A stretch of 60,054 nt of DNA, the filler included. It is 4 parts of 4 records of this genome, joined end to end, with 100 filler letters (N's around TTAATTAATTAA, not from the genome) between each part and the next. Parts side by side here need not be neighbours in the genome. Positions count along the whole stretch, not along the records: positions 18,234 to 35,118 come from SRR31156797_4605; 3 more parts are not named here. The stretch is one strand, 5' to 3'. A model generated the notes under the pieces. It saw only the letters and a list, made by a program, of their open reading frames with translations, was not told where the DNA came from and did not search any database. The translations under genes and the position numbers were made by a program. Position 1 is the stretch's first letter. Every line of letters begins with the position of its first letter. Positions 18,803 to 27,936 of the stretch are shown here, one piece after another.

Positions 18803-21139
18803 ATGAACAATACACTGATTTATGATATTTCCATACCAAAAGAGTACCATTCATTATTGGTCAGACTCAGATCAGTTTATGGACCCAATTTAACAATTAA
18901 TGATTTTCTTGCAAAAGGGATTGATGAGTTCTCTACTCACCCAGGCGTTGGTAAAACTTACATTACCCGGTTTGAGTTATTTAAAGAATATCTATGTGAA
19001 CAATTAGAAAACAACTGTGTCCAGCTGTCTCTATTGGATATGGAAGCCTCGAATAATTTCAGCATTGATCCAAGAAGATCAGCATTATTTCATAAAATCA
19101 CGCAATGCTATTCGCATGTACAAACAGTTGAAGAAATAGGAATGATATCTCCTTCCGACTTTGCTTCCTTTCCTGGTGTTGGCAAAAGAAAAGTAGAAGA
19201 GCTAATCAGCTGGCAGCAAGAATTACTTCCTAATGAACAAGACATTAAGACCGAACAGCTTTCAGAGCAATTGAAAAAATATAGGTTATCCTATTTCAAA
19301 ATCTCTCCACAAGAAGAGAAAATACTTAACAAAGTGCAAAATAGTTTGTTACAAGAAAGAGAAATCACCCCTTCAGAGACTATTCAATTAAAAACTACAG
19401 ATATAGAGGGTTGTCAAGGACTGGGTAGAAAGACTTGTGATGGATTCTATGCGATACAGCAACGAATTATAAACAGTCTGAATAATAAAGATAATATATT
19501 AGTTCCTACAGATTTTTGTTCATCAAATACCTTAAAGGAAATATGCCCAATTATCGAAGAGGATTTATTTAAATTCTCTGAAATGTTATCTGGAAATAAT
19601 TCCATAATATGGAAAGCTAGAACAGGGTATAAGACAGAGCATTTAACCTTGCAAGAAATTGGAGACTCATTAAACCTTACTAGAGAGAGGATAAGACAAG
19701 TTGCAGATAAGCTAACAAGAAGATTTTTATTAGGAGTAAGAATAAGCCCTAATGTATTGGGTTCTAAGATTGATAAGATCACTAGAGTCCAGTTATTTGA
19801 TAATATCAAATCACTAAGACCAATATTCAATACAGATAATGATCTTCTTAATATGCTTGCTCTAATATCAGACGAAGATCCCAAAGATGTAATTCTTAGA
19901 TTTAATCCTCAGATTAACCGGAGTATCCTTGATAATTTCTTCAAATGGAACTCATATCCTACTCAAAGACATGAAATACTATCTTTTCTCCATGACGAGA
20001 TTGGTGGAACAGATGAAGAAATAGATATCTATTTTACTACATTGCTAAATTCGGGGATTATTCGTTCTAATGATATCGGAGTCACACCTCTTAGTCTTGG
20101 GAAAGAAAATGCAATTTGTCATATCTTAGCCGGATATCCAAAAGGTCTGAAATGGAAAGAAGTTGCAATAAAGGTCAATAAATCAAATATATCGAAAGTT
20201 AAGCTTTCACAGGAACGCCCTGATGCGAATCTTAACTTTTCATCCTCAGTCTTTCAATCAGCACAACATACATATTCACATATCAAGTTTTTTCCAACAA
20301 ACAGAGATGGAATAAAACAAATTCTAAACAATGTAAAGTTAGCACTTCTTTCATCGAATCATGATTCTATACACCTTATGGCTGAGTATTATGCTAAATT
20401 GGATTCTCCACAATATGATTATTATACAATTCGACACGCTGTAAGAAACTATGGTGAATCCTTCAACTTATTTTTCAAAGGAAAATCCCAGTCTGACACT
20501 GTTAGTATTAATCCTGATTCAAAATCTGTATCTCAAAAAGAGGCATTGAAGAGATTATTTCTAGATACAGACTCTCCTCTTACAATCCAGGAAGTAATGA
20601 ACCATATAAAGAGTCATTCTGAAGGACATGCAAGGCTTTATATTGATGAGTTAATAACCAGTGGAGATATTGTGTCCGTGGAAGTTAATCAATATCAGAA
20701 TAGAGAAGTTGCTTTTAAGAATATAGAAATTGAGCAGGCTCAAGAAAAAATAAAGACGATGATAACAGATGATGATAGAATCCATCATATTTCTGTTATT
20801 ACTCATCATATAAACCGAATGTTTGGCTATGACTATTCAAATCGATTTTGGCGTTCTTTTTTATTATCATATGCACCGCAGATGAATTGGTATGTAAAAG
20901 GACTTTTAGTCTCAAATGAACAAATAGGGATTAGGGGCCTCACAGAGCTAGTTCATGAGGCAAATGGGATGGATCAGGAATCAATAATAGCAGCTGTTCA
21001 ACAAAGAGTATGTGTTTCACGTGAAGAAATAAAGAATGCTATTTCAAACTATAATATGAAATCTTTGAAACCAAGTTCGCCTAGGTTTGAAAATCAAGGC
21101 CTTGCTTCCGATATAATGGAGGAGCTATTTCTGCTGTGA
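18803..21139 (+). CDS. Protein with three RNAP alpha-CTD-like HhH repeats, a sigma70 region 4 HTH and winged-helix-like C-terminal domains
   Basis: FSTHPGVGKT, FASFPGVGKRKVEEL, IEGCQGLGRKT; LTLQEIGDSLNLTRERIRQV matches sigma70 region 4.2. The stop overlaps the next start (GTGA). Confidence 0.72.
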   Translation: MNNTLIYDISIPKEYHSLLVRLRSVYGPNLTINDFLAKGIDEFSTHPGVGKTYITRFELFKEYLCEQLENNCVQLSLLDMEASNNFSIDPRRSALFHKITQCYSHVQTVEEIGMISPSDFASFPGVGKRKVEELISWQQELLPNEQDIKTEQLSEQLKKYRLSYFKISPQEEKILNKVQNSLLQEREITPSETIQLKTTDIEGCQGLGRKTCDGFYAIQQRIINSLNNKDNILVPTDFCSSNTLKEICPIIEEDLFKFSEMLSGNNSIIWKARTGYKTEHLTLQEIGDSLNLTRERIRQVADKLTRRFLLGVRISPNVLGSKIDKITRVQLFDNIKSLRPIFNTDNDLLNMLALISDEDPKDVILRFNPQINRSILDNFFKWNSYPTQRHEILSFLHDEIGGTDEEIDIYFTTLLNSGIIRSNDIGVTPLSLGKENAICHILAGYPKGLKWKEVAIKVNKSNISKVKLSQERPDANLNFSSSVFQSAQHTYSHIKFFPTNRDGIKQILNNVKLALLSSNHDSIHLMAEYYAKLDSPQYDYYTIRHAVRNYGESFNLFFKGKSQSDTVSINPDSKSVSQKEALKRLFLDTDSPLTIQEVMNHIKSHSEGHARLYIDELITSGDIVSVEVNQYQNREVAFKNIEIEQAQEKIKTMITDDDRIHHISVITHHINRMFGYDYSNRFWRSFLLSYAPQMNWYVKGLLVSNEQIGIRGLTELVHEANGMDQESIIAAVQQRVCVSREEIKNAISNYNMKSLKPSSPRFENQGLASDIMEELFLL

Positions 21140-23244
21140 AATCCGATTTATCAGAGTTACAATTGCAAATCTCATACAGGACAGGCCGCGATGATCTAAT
21201 ATCGGATTTTTATGTACCTTGCTTAAATCGATCTATTTTATACCAGAGAGCAGTTGGGTACTTCACAAGTATGAGTCTAGCAATCGCAGCGTCTGGCATC
21301 GCTAACTTGATATATGCAGGAGGTAGGATTCAGCTGATAGCCTCTCCCAACTTAACTGATGAGGATATAGATGCAATAGAAAGAGGCATGTCTAATGACA
21401 CTGATATTATTCAAAAAGCTGCAATGCGAAGCTTCTCAGAAATTAAGGATACACTAATAAAAGAAAGGTTAGAAGCTCTAGCATGGATGGTCTCTACTGG
21501 TTCTTTAGAAATGAAACTTGCCCTTCGCGTATCGAAATCAGGTAAACTGAGCCGGGGAATATATCATGAAAAGATTGGAGTATTTACAGATGTGAATGGT
21601 AATAAAGTTACCTTCATCGGATCTGGGAATGAAACGGGATCAGCATTACTTGAAAACTTTGAATCACAAGAAGTGTCATGGTCTTGGGATGACCCACAAG
21701 GTAGAGCGTTAGAAAAGATAGAACTTTTTGATAACTTGTGGGAAAATTCAACTGAAGGTTTAAAGATTATAGAGTTCACAGATGCGACATCTGAAATATT
21801 AAGACCATATACACCGAACTTCCCTCCCGATCCAATCACTTCATCTTCAATATCTGAAAGCCCTAGATCTCATTATTCAATACAGAAGCCGGATTTCCCT
21901 GATTGGCTTGAATTGCGCGATTACCAAGAATTGGCTATAAGAAATTGGTTCAATAATGACGGTATGGGTTCTCTTAAAATGGCGACAGGCAGTGGTAAGA
22001 CCATTACAGCTCTTTCGACCCTAATATATCTTTATCAAAAGGCAGGATTAAAAGCTGCGATAGTACTATGTCCATATAAGCATTTAGTAGACCAATGGGC
22101 TAAAGAAGCAAAGAAGTTTAATTTCTCCCCATTGATTGTGCATACCTCTAGAAATATCTGGTCAGAGGATCTAAATCGGAATCTCATTACGATTAAAAAC
22201 TGTAATGATAAGATTTTACTTGTGATCACAACTAATAGATCTTTTTCTAACGATTTTTTTCAGAGTAAAATATCTCTGTTTCCCCTTAGTACTATTCTTA
22301 TAGCTGATGAAGCCCATAATCTGGGAGCTAAAGATCTTAGATCTAAACTACCAGAATCAATAAAATGGCGATTGGCTCTGTCCGCTACTCCGGAGCGCTG
22401 GTTTGATGATGAGGGCACAGATGCCTTATTTCGATATTTTGGAAAAGTCTTAGAGCCAGAATTCACATTAAAGGACGCACTTGATTCTGGTGCATTATCC
22501 CCATACCGCTATTATCCTATTCTAGTAGAGCTTACAGAAGATGAACAAGAAGAGTATCTTTCACTGAGTGAACAGATTGCAAAAATATTTTCCATTGAAG
22601 GATTCAATAAAGAAAACAAGAGACTATCGATATTACTGCTACAAAGAGCAAGACTAATGGCCAGCGCTGAAAACAAATTACTCCATTTAGAGAACTTGAT
22701 GAAAGATAAGACTTCTTCCAAACACTGGTTATTCTATTGTGGAGACGGTCGAGTTGATGATCCTTCTAGTGATGAGGAAATTAGACAGATTGAGTCTGTA
22801 TGCCGTATCCTTGGTCATAGGCTTCAAATGAAGATTGCTTCATTTACTGCTGAAACATCACGTGAAGATCGAAAAGTGATTTCAAAGAAGCTTGATGAAG
22901 GAGACCTACAGGGATTAGTTGCTATCCGCTGTCTTGATGAAGGGGTAGATATCCCATCAACAGAGAAAGCAGTAATCTTGGCCAGTAGCACGAACCCACG
23001 TCAGTTTATCCAACGGAGGGGCCGAGTTCTTCGTAAGCCATATAAGGATTCGAAGAAAGTAGCTGAGATATATGATATGATAACAGTTCCTCCTGTTGAC
23101 TCTGTTGTTACAGAGTCTGAAAGAGCAATGCTAAGAAAAGAATTTACTCGCTTTGCTGAATTTGCAAAGCTATCGTTAAATGCCGGTGAAGCTCGAATGG
23201 TAATATTTGAATTACAGAAGAAATATGATTTGACTGATATATAG
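21136..23244 (+). CDS. pbeA: PLD-nuclease/SF2 helicase, PbeA-like (Dnd-associated restriction enzyme family)
   Basis: HKD-type YHEKIG...IGSGNET; helicase motifs MATGSGKT, DEAH, SAT, CLDEGVDIP, QRRGRVLR; adjacent to the dnd genes. Confidence 0.82.
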   Translation: MKSDLSELQLQISYRTGRDDLISDFYVPCLNRSILYQRAVGYFTSMSLAIAASGIANLIYAGGRIQLIASPNLTDEDIDAIERGMSNDTDIIQKAAMRSFSEIKDTLIKERLEALAWMVSTGSLEMKLALRVSKSGKLSRGIYHEKIGVFTDVNGNKVTFIGSGNETGSALLENFESQEVSWSWDDPQGRALEKIELFDNLWENSTEGLKIIEFTDATSEILRPYTPNFPPDPITSSSISESPRSHYSIQKPDFPDWLELRDYQELAIRNWFNNDGMGSLKMATGSGKTITALSTLIYLYQKAGLKAAIVLCPYKHLVDQWAKEAKKFNFSPLIVHTSRNIWSEDLNRNLITIKNCNDKILLVITTNRSFSNDFFQSKISLFPLSTILIADEAHNLGAKDLRSKLPESIKWRLALSATPERWFDDEGTDALFRYFGKVLEPEFTLKDALDSGALSPYRYYPILVELTEDEQEEYLSLSEQIAKIFSIEGFNKENKRLSILLLQRARLMASAENKLLHLENLMKDKTSSKHWLFYCGDGRVDDPSSDEEIRQIESVCRILGHRLQMKIASFTAETSREDRKVISKKLDEGDLQGLVAIRCLDEGVDIPSTEKAVILASSTNPRQFIQRRGRVLRKPYKDSKKVAEIYDMITVPPVDSVVTESERAMLRKEFTRFAEFAKLSLNAGEARMVIFELQKKYDLTDI

Positions 23245-23252
23245 GAGATGTA

Positions 23253-23402
23253 ATGGCTGATGAATTGAAACCTATTAAAGATGCTCCAGATAAAATACGA
23301 AATATTATTAGAAAAGTACTTGAGCATGAAAAAGGAAATATCAACAAGCAAAGAGGGATCAAAGATGACATTGTTGATATCATAAAAAAGGAGATCCAAT
23401 GA
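23253..23402 (+). CDS. 49-aa protein, PbeB-like (below the ORF-track cutoff)
   Basis: AGGAG RBS, then MADELKPIKDAPDKIRNIIRKVLEHEKGNINKQRGIKDDIVDIIKKEIQ. The TGA overlaps the next ATG (ATGA) and the ORF fills the intergenic gap. Confidence 0.82.
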   Translation: MADELKPIKDAPDKIRNIIRKVLEHEKGNINKQRGIKDDIVDIIKKEIQ

Positions 23403-25486
23403 AGCTTATCAGTCTCCAGATGCATAACTTTCGCCAATTCTATGGGACTACACCCATAATTAGATTTGCTTCAGGTAGATCCAATGTAACGATTTTTCAT
23501 GCTGAAAATGGAGCAGGAAAAACAGCCTTGTTAAACACCTTTACTTGGCTTCTATATGATTCATACACTAAAGGATTTGGATCTCCAGATGAAAAAGTGA
23601 ATAAAAGGGCTTTGGCTGAGGCTGAAATTGGTTCTACTGTTGAAACATGGGTCGAACTTTCTTTCGAACATAATAAAACTATCTATCAAATTCGTCGTCA
23701 AACAGCAGCTGTTAAAATTGATGAAGAGGAGTGGAGCTATAAACCAGAAAGAGCAGCTCAACTATCATATGCGAATGAAGATGGGCAATGGCACTCCGAA
23801 GATAAAGTCTCAGAAGTAATTGCACGAGTCCTACCCAAAGATCTTCATACATACTTCTTCTTTGATGGAGAACGAATTGAACGCATTGTGCAGCCAACTA
23901 AGAAAGAAAAAGATGAACTTGCAGCTGCGACAAAGAAACTATTAGGAGTGGAAGTATTAGATCGTGCGAGATCTCATTTAGACAATGCGCGCATTGTCTT
24001 AGAGAAGGAGCTTAAGCAGATTGGAGATCCTAAGACACAAAAGCTTCTTGAAGAAAAAGAAGAAAAGGAAAAAGAGTTACATAGCTATCAGGAAATCTTG
24101 GATCAAAATCAAACGAATTTAGATGCATTTAAAGAAAACAAAGTTGAAGTCGAAAGAAGATTAAGAGAGCTTGAAGGAGTTCAGGATTTACAAAGAAGAA
24201 GGGATCAATTAAACGAAGATCTTGATTCTCGTAAGGCATCATTAAATCAAACCCAAGAACGATTAAAACAGGCAATTGCTAAGAATGGATACTCTGTTTT
24301 TGTCGAAGATTCTGCCAATGAGTTCCGTGATTTGATTGAAGCGCTTCGACAGAAAGGAGAACTTCCGGTAGGAATTAAAAAACAGTTTGTTCAGGATATT
24401 CTTGATCAAGGGAAATGCATTTGTGGTCATAGTCTAAAGATTGAAGATGATCCTGAAGCCAGAGCGGCAGTTGAATCATGGATGCAGAAAGCAGGAAGTG
24501 ATGATGTAGAGAGAGCTGCAAATGAAATGGGTATATTAATAGAGAATATCCAAGAAAAAGTACCTTCGTTCTGGGAAACAGTTGAAAGCTGCCAGACTAA
24601 AGAAGAAGCTGATAGAATTGGAATCTCTGAGATCGAAAGTGAACTTGATGAAATAAAAAAGAAATTAGCTGATAGTCCGCGTGAAGAGGTGAGTTCTTTG
24701 CAAATTCGCTTAACTCAACTAGAAGAGGATATTGAAAAGTCCAATCGTAAAATAGGTGCTACCAACCAGGATATTAAAGATGCAATAGCTGTAATTGCAG
24801 ATCTTCAAAATCAGATTTCTGAACATAAAGGATTAGAAGAACAGCAAAATCTAGCAAGCCTTCGCGTTGATGCTGCTGTTGATGCAAGAGATCGTATTAG
24901 ACAAGTTTATGACAACATAAATGAAGAGTTAAGAAAGAAATTTGAAAAAAGTATTAATAAGTTTTTTAACCTAATTTCTGTCACGCCATACATCGCAAAA
25001 CTTGATTCCTCATATTCGTTAGAGCTATTTGACCAATCTACAAACATGTCAGTTCCTGTATCTCGTTCACAAGGAGAAAGCCAAGTCCTTAGCCTTTCAT
25101 TTATTGCTGGATTTGTTGATCTAACAAAAGCATGGAGTGCAAAAGGGCAAAGTAATATTGTAGGTCCAGAAAATGTTGAATATCCAATTGTTATGGATTC
25201 TCCGTTTGGAGCACTAGATACAACCAATCGTAGGCATGTTACAGAACATATTAATCGAGTAGCAGACCAGGTAGTAATGATGGTCTCTTCTACACAATGG
25301 AGAGGTGAAGTTAGTGCTGAATCTGTTGGAAAGGTCGGAAGATCCTATGTACTCACTTATCATACGCCAAAAGATGATCTAGAAGAAAATGTGACCTCAG
25401 AATTAAACGGACAAACATATGACTTAGTTCGAAAGAGTTCAAGTAAATTTGAATTTTCAGAAATAATCGAGGTAGAGAATGGCTGA
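23399..25486 (+). CDS. pbeC: Rad50/SMC-like ATPase, PbeC-like
   Basis: Walker A AENGAGKT, FFFDGE, long coiled coil with CICG zinc hook, signature RSQGE, Walker B/D-loop VMDSPFGALD. Confidence 0.8.
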   Translation: MKLISLQMHNFRQFYGTTPIIRFASGRSNVTIFHAENGAGKTALLNTFTWLLYDSYTKGFGSPDEKVNKRALAEAEIGSTVETWVELSFEHNKTIYQIRRQTAAVKIDEEEWSYKPERAAQLSYANEDGQWHSEDKVSEVIARVLPKDLHTYFFFDGERIERIVQPTKKEKDELAAATKKLLGVEVLDRARSHLDNARIVLEKELKQIGDPKTQKLLEEKEEKEKELHSYQEILDQNQTNLDAFKENKVEVERRLRELEGVQDLQRRRDQLNEDLDSRKASLNQTQERLKQAIAKNGYSVFVEDSANEFRDLIEALRQKGELPVGIKKQFVQDILDQGKCICGHSLKIEDDPEARAAVESWMQKAGSDDVERAANEMGILIENIQEKVPSFWETVESCQTKEEADRIGISEIESELDEIKKKLADSPREEVSSLQIRLTQLEEDIEKSNRKIGATNQDIKDAIAVIADLQNQISEHKGLEEQQNLASLRVDAAVDARDRIRQVYDNINEELRKKFEKSINKFFNLISVTPYIAKLDSSYSLELFDQSTNMSVPVSRSQGESQVLSLSFIAGFVDLTKAWSAKGQSNIVGPENVEYPIVMDSPFGALDTTNRRHVTEHINRVADQVVMMVSSTQWRGEVSAESVGKVGRSYVLTYHTPKDDLEENVTSELNGQTYDLVRKSSSKFEFSEIIEVENG

Positions 25487-25931
25487 ACGAAGAATTAGAG
25501 TACCAGCTGATAAAGTAGATTTTATTGAGTCAATGCTTAAATCAAATAAAGGACCATTTGAATTGAAAGCACAAGTCCTAGGTTATGCAGCGGCGTATGG
25601 TGCCAAGTATGGAGAACGCAGACCAATAACAAAAGCATCGAGCAGTGAGTCTATTCGCTATAGTGTCTTTATTGGAGAGAAGTTGGATACCTTAATAAAT
25701 CTTCTTGCTTTCACAAATACAAAAGATCCTAAAGTACTAGCACGCAGTGAGGAAATGGAGGATCTACGTGCAACGATTTTTGAAGAGTATGCTAATTGTG
25801 GATTGACAATGTTAGAGGAGAAGCTAATAGGAGAAGTAAAGTATTCTCAATCTCTATTATTGATTATGAAAGAAATCGGATCATCAGAAGATGAAGTTGA
25901 GAACTTAATTGGACTATTAGGAAATAGTTGA
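25479..25931 (+). CDS. Dnd-associated protein 4 / PbeD-like (DndE-like)
   Basis: RRIRVPADK, YAAAYG, IFEEYANCGL motifs; overlaps the ATPase stop. Confidence 0.75.
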   Translation: MAERRIRVPADKVDFIESMLKSNKGPFELKAQVLGYAAAYGAKYGERRPITKASSSESIRYSVFIGEKLDTLINLLAFTNTKDPKVLARSEEMEDLRATIFEEYANCGLTMLEEKLIGEVKYSQSLLLIMKEIGSSEDEVENLIGLLGNS

Positions 25932-25939
25932 GGTAATAT

Positions 25940-26986
25940 ATGAGAGTTATTGATGTAATAAAGACACAGTATAAAATAAGTGATTTTGTGTCTTGGCAAA
26001 AACAAGGAACTTTAGATCTATCTCCCGATTTTCAGAGAAGACCTGTTTGGAAAAAAGGTGCAAAATCATATCTTATCGATACTATTCTAAGAGGATTCCC
26101 AGTTCCAATTATCTTCATAAGAGAAAAATTGGATCTAGGTAAGATGGAGCCTATTCGAGAAGTTGTTGATGGACAGCAACGCTTACGAACTTTGCTTGGA
26201 TACATTAAGTCAGAACTATTAGTTGATTTTAAACCTCAGACTGATCGATTTAATATACTGAAATCCCATAATGAGGAATTTGCAAATTGTTCGTTTGAAG
26301 ACTTGAGTGAAGAGGCTCGTCATCAAATCCTAAATTATCAATTCAGTGTACATATTTTACCATCTGACGTTTCAGATCGAGAAGTTCTTCAAGTTTTTAG
26401 TAGAATGAATGCAACTGGTGTAAAGCTAAAAGCGCAAGAATTGAGAAATGCTGAATACTATGGAGAGTTTAAGACCTCTGTATATGATATTGCATTAACT
26501 CAATTAGACCGATGGAAAGATTGGAAACTATTCTCAGAAGCTAAAATTGCCCGGATGGAAGAAGTCGAATTTGTTAGTGAAATTTATGGCTTAATTTTAA
26601 AGGGTATCAAAGGTAATAAACAAGATTTTATAAATAGTCTTTATGACGAGTATGATGATATATTCTTAGAACGTTTAGTTGTAGAAGCTAGATTTAATAA
26701 AGTACTGGATCTAATTGAAGATCATTTTTACAATACAATACTTAATTATAAATTTTACAGAAATAAAAATGTATTTTATATTTTATTTTCTGTAATATAT
26801 GACAAGTTGTATGGCATTGGCTCTTTATTAACTGATTCACTACCAAATAAAGTGAAACATCATGATATTTCAGATATAATAGATAAAATGAAAATTTTTG
26901 AAGAAGATAATTCACCTGATGAGTTTGACACTAGACGATTGGGCCAACAAGAAAACAGGATTAAGGTGATAAAGTACTTTGCCTAG
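25940..26986 (+). CDS. DUF262 (ParB/Srx-fold, GmrS-like) protein
   Basis: PDFQRRPVW, LIDTILRGFPVP, VVDGQQRL, FSRMNATG..L..QELRNA. RBS GAGG. Confidence 0.9.
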   Translation: MRVIDVIKTQYKISDFVSWQKQGTLDLSPDFQRRPVWKKGAKSYLIDTILRGFPVPIIFIREKLDLGKMEPIREVVDGQQRLRTLLGYIKSELLVDFKPQTDRFNILKSHNEEFANCSFEDLSEEARHQILNYQFSVHILPSDVSDREVLQVFSRMNATGVKLKAQELRNAEYYGEFKTSVYDIALTQLDRWKDWKLFSEAKIARMEEVEFVSEIYGLILKGIKGNKQDFINSLYDEYDDIFLERLVVEARFNKVLDLIEDHFYNTILNYKFYRNKNVFYILFSVIYDKLYGIGSLLTDSLPNKVKHHDISDIIDKMKIFEEDNSPDEFDTRRLGQQENRIKVIKYFA

Positions 26987-27584
26987 AATAAATTCAAATT
27001 ATTATACCAAACTAGTCTCTCAATACAACCAGATTCTTATAACTCGAGGGAAAATAGAAAAATTATGTAAATCTGGAGATTTATCAAACAGAGATGTTAA
27101 AAAATTATACTCTGGTCTATTCATAAACTCTGTAACAAGTTTTGAAGGATACTTAGAACAGATTTTCATAGCACATTTGATTCATCCAAATAGAAATATA
27201 ATTCCCCGTTTTACTGTCAAATCACATAAGATTGCTTATGAAATTTTATCTGGTGATCGTTCATATATAGATTGGCTACCATATAGAAATACAAAAGATA
27301 GAGCATTAAGATGTTTTCGATCAGGATTTCCATATAGTAATATTACAACCTCAGAAGAATCTAGATTAGATATTGTGTGTATTATTAGGAATGCATTAGC
27401 TCATAATAGCAAACATGCCGATATTAAGTTTGAAAAAAAAGTTACTTCTCAAATACCTTTAAGAAAAAGAGAGAGTACTCCAACTGGATATTTAAGAGCT
27501 ACTTTCAGAAGTTCACCTCGCATGACTTATTTTGAGCTACATTTAAATGAACTATTACATATTGCTTACAAGATAGATTTATAG
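26979..27584 (+). CDS. HEPN-domain protein (putative RNase)
   Basis: RxxxxH motif RNALAH plus the N-terminal HEPN helix SFEGYLE. TTG start overlaps the DUF262 stop. Confidence 0.72.
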   Translation: MPRINSNYYTKLVSQYNQILITRGKIEKLCKSGDLSNRDVKKLYSGLFINSVTSFEGYLEQIFIAHLIHPNRNIIPRFTVKSHKIAYEILSGDRSYIDWLPYRNTKDRALRCFRSGFPYSNITTSEESRLDIVCIIRNALAHNSKHADIKFEKKVTSQIPLRKRESTPTGYLRATFRSSPRMTYFELHLNELLHIAYKIDL

Positions 27585-27585
27585 G

Positions 27586-27936
27586 TCAACTATATTGAGA
27601 GAATTCGTTTGAATTGAGAATTCCAATACCCCGGTGTAAATGAAGTTTAAATTGATGAGATAAGTCTCCATTATCAAGTTTTCCAAAATCCTTATAATAT
27701 CGCTGCTTTAACAAAGCAAGGTAAATATCATGATGTTCTCCTCCAAAAGTCCTCCATGTCATTTCAACATTACTATCTAGAGGTATTTGTGCTGGTGAAG
27801 GGGGAGTTTCATCTGCTAATGATAAACATAATGCCCAACGACATAATACATTCCAGTGCTCTATTCCTGTTTTTTGTTTTACAGTTATCAACTGGCGTTT
27901 GGCCTTCTCAGATATGCGGACCGTATCAATACTCAT
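27586..27936 (-). CDS. dndE: DNA sulfur modification protein DndE
   Basis: KTGIEHWNVLCRWALCLSL, VEMTWRTFGG, HLHRGI. Confidence 0.92.
   Translation of the reverse strand: MSIDTVRISEKAKRQLITVKQKTGIEHWNVLCRWALCLSLADETPPSPAQIPLDSNVEMTWRTFGGEHHDIYLALLKQRYYKDFGKLDNGDLSHQFKLHLHRGIGILNSNEFSQYS

Noticed and set aside
18803-21139. A genuine sigma factor or rpoA
   Set aside because: Only region 4 and CTD-like repeats are recognisable; there is no sigma region 2 or alpha N-terminal domain.
21136-25931. DndFGH or a type III restriction-modification system
   Set aside because: No methyltransferase is present, and gene sizes, motifs and order fit PbeABCD rather than DndFGH.
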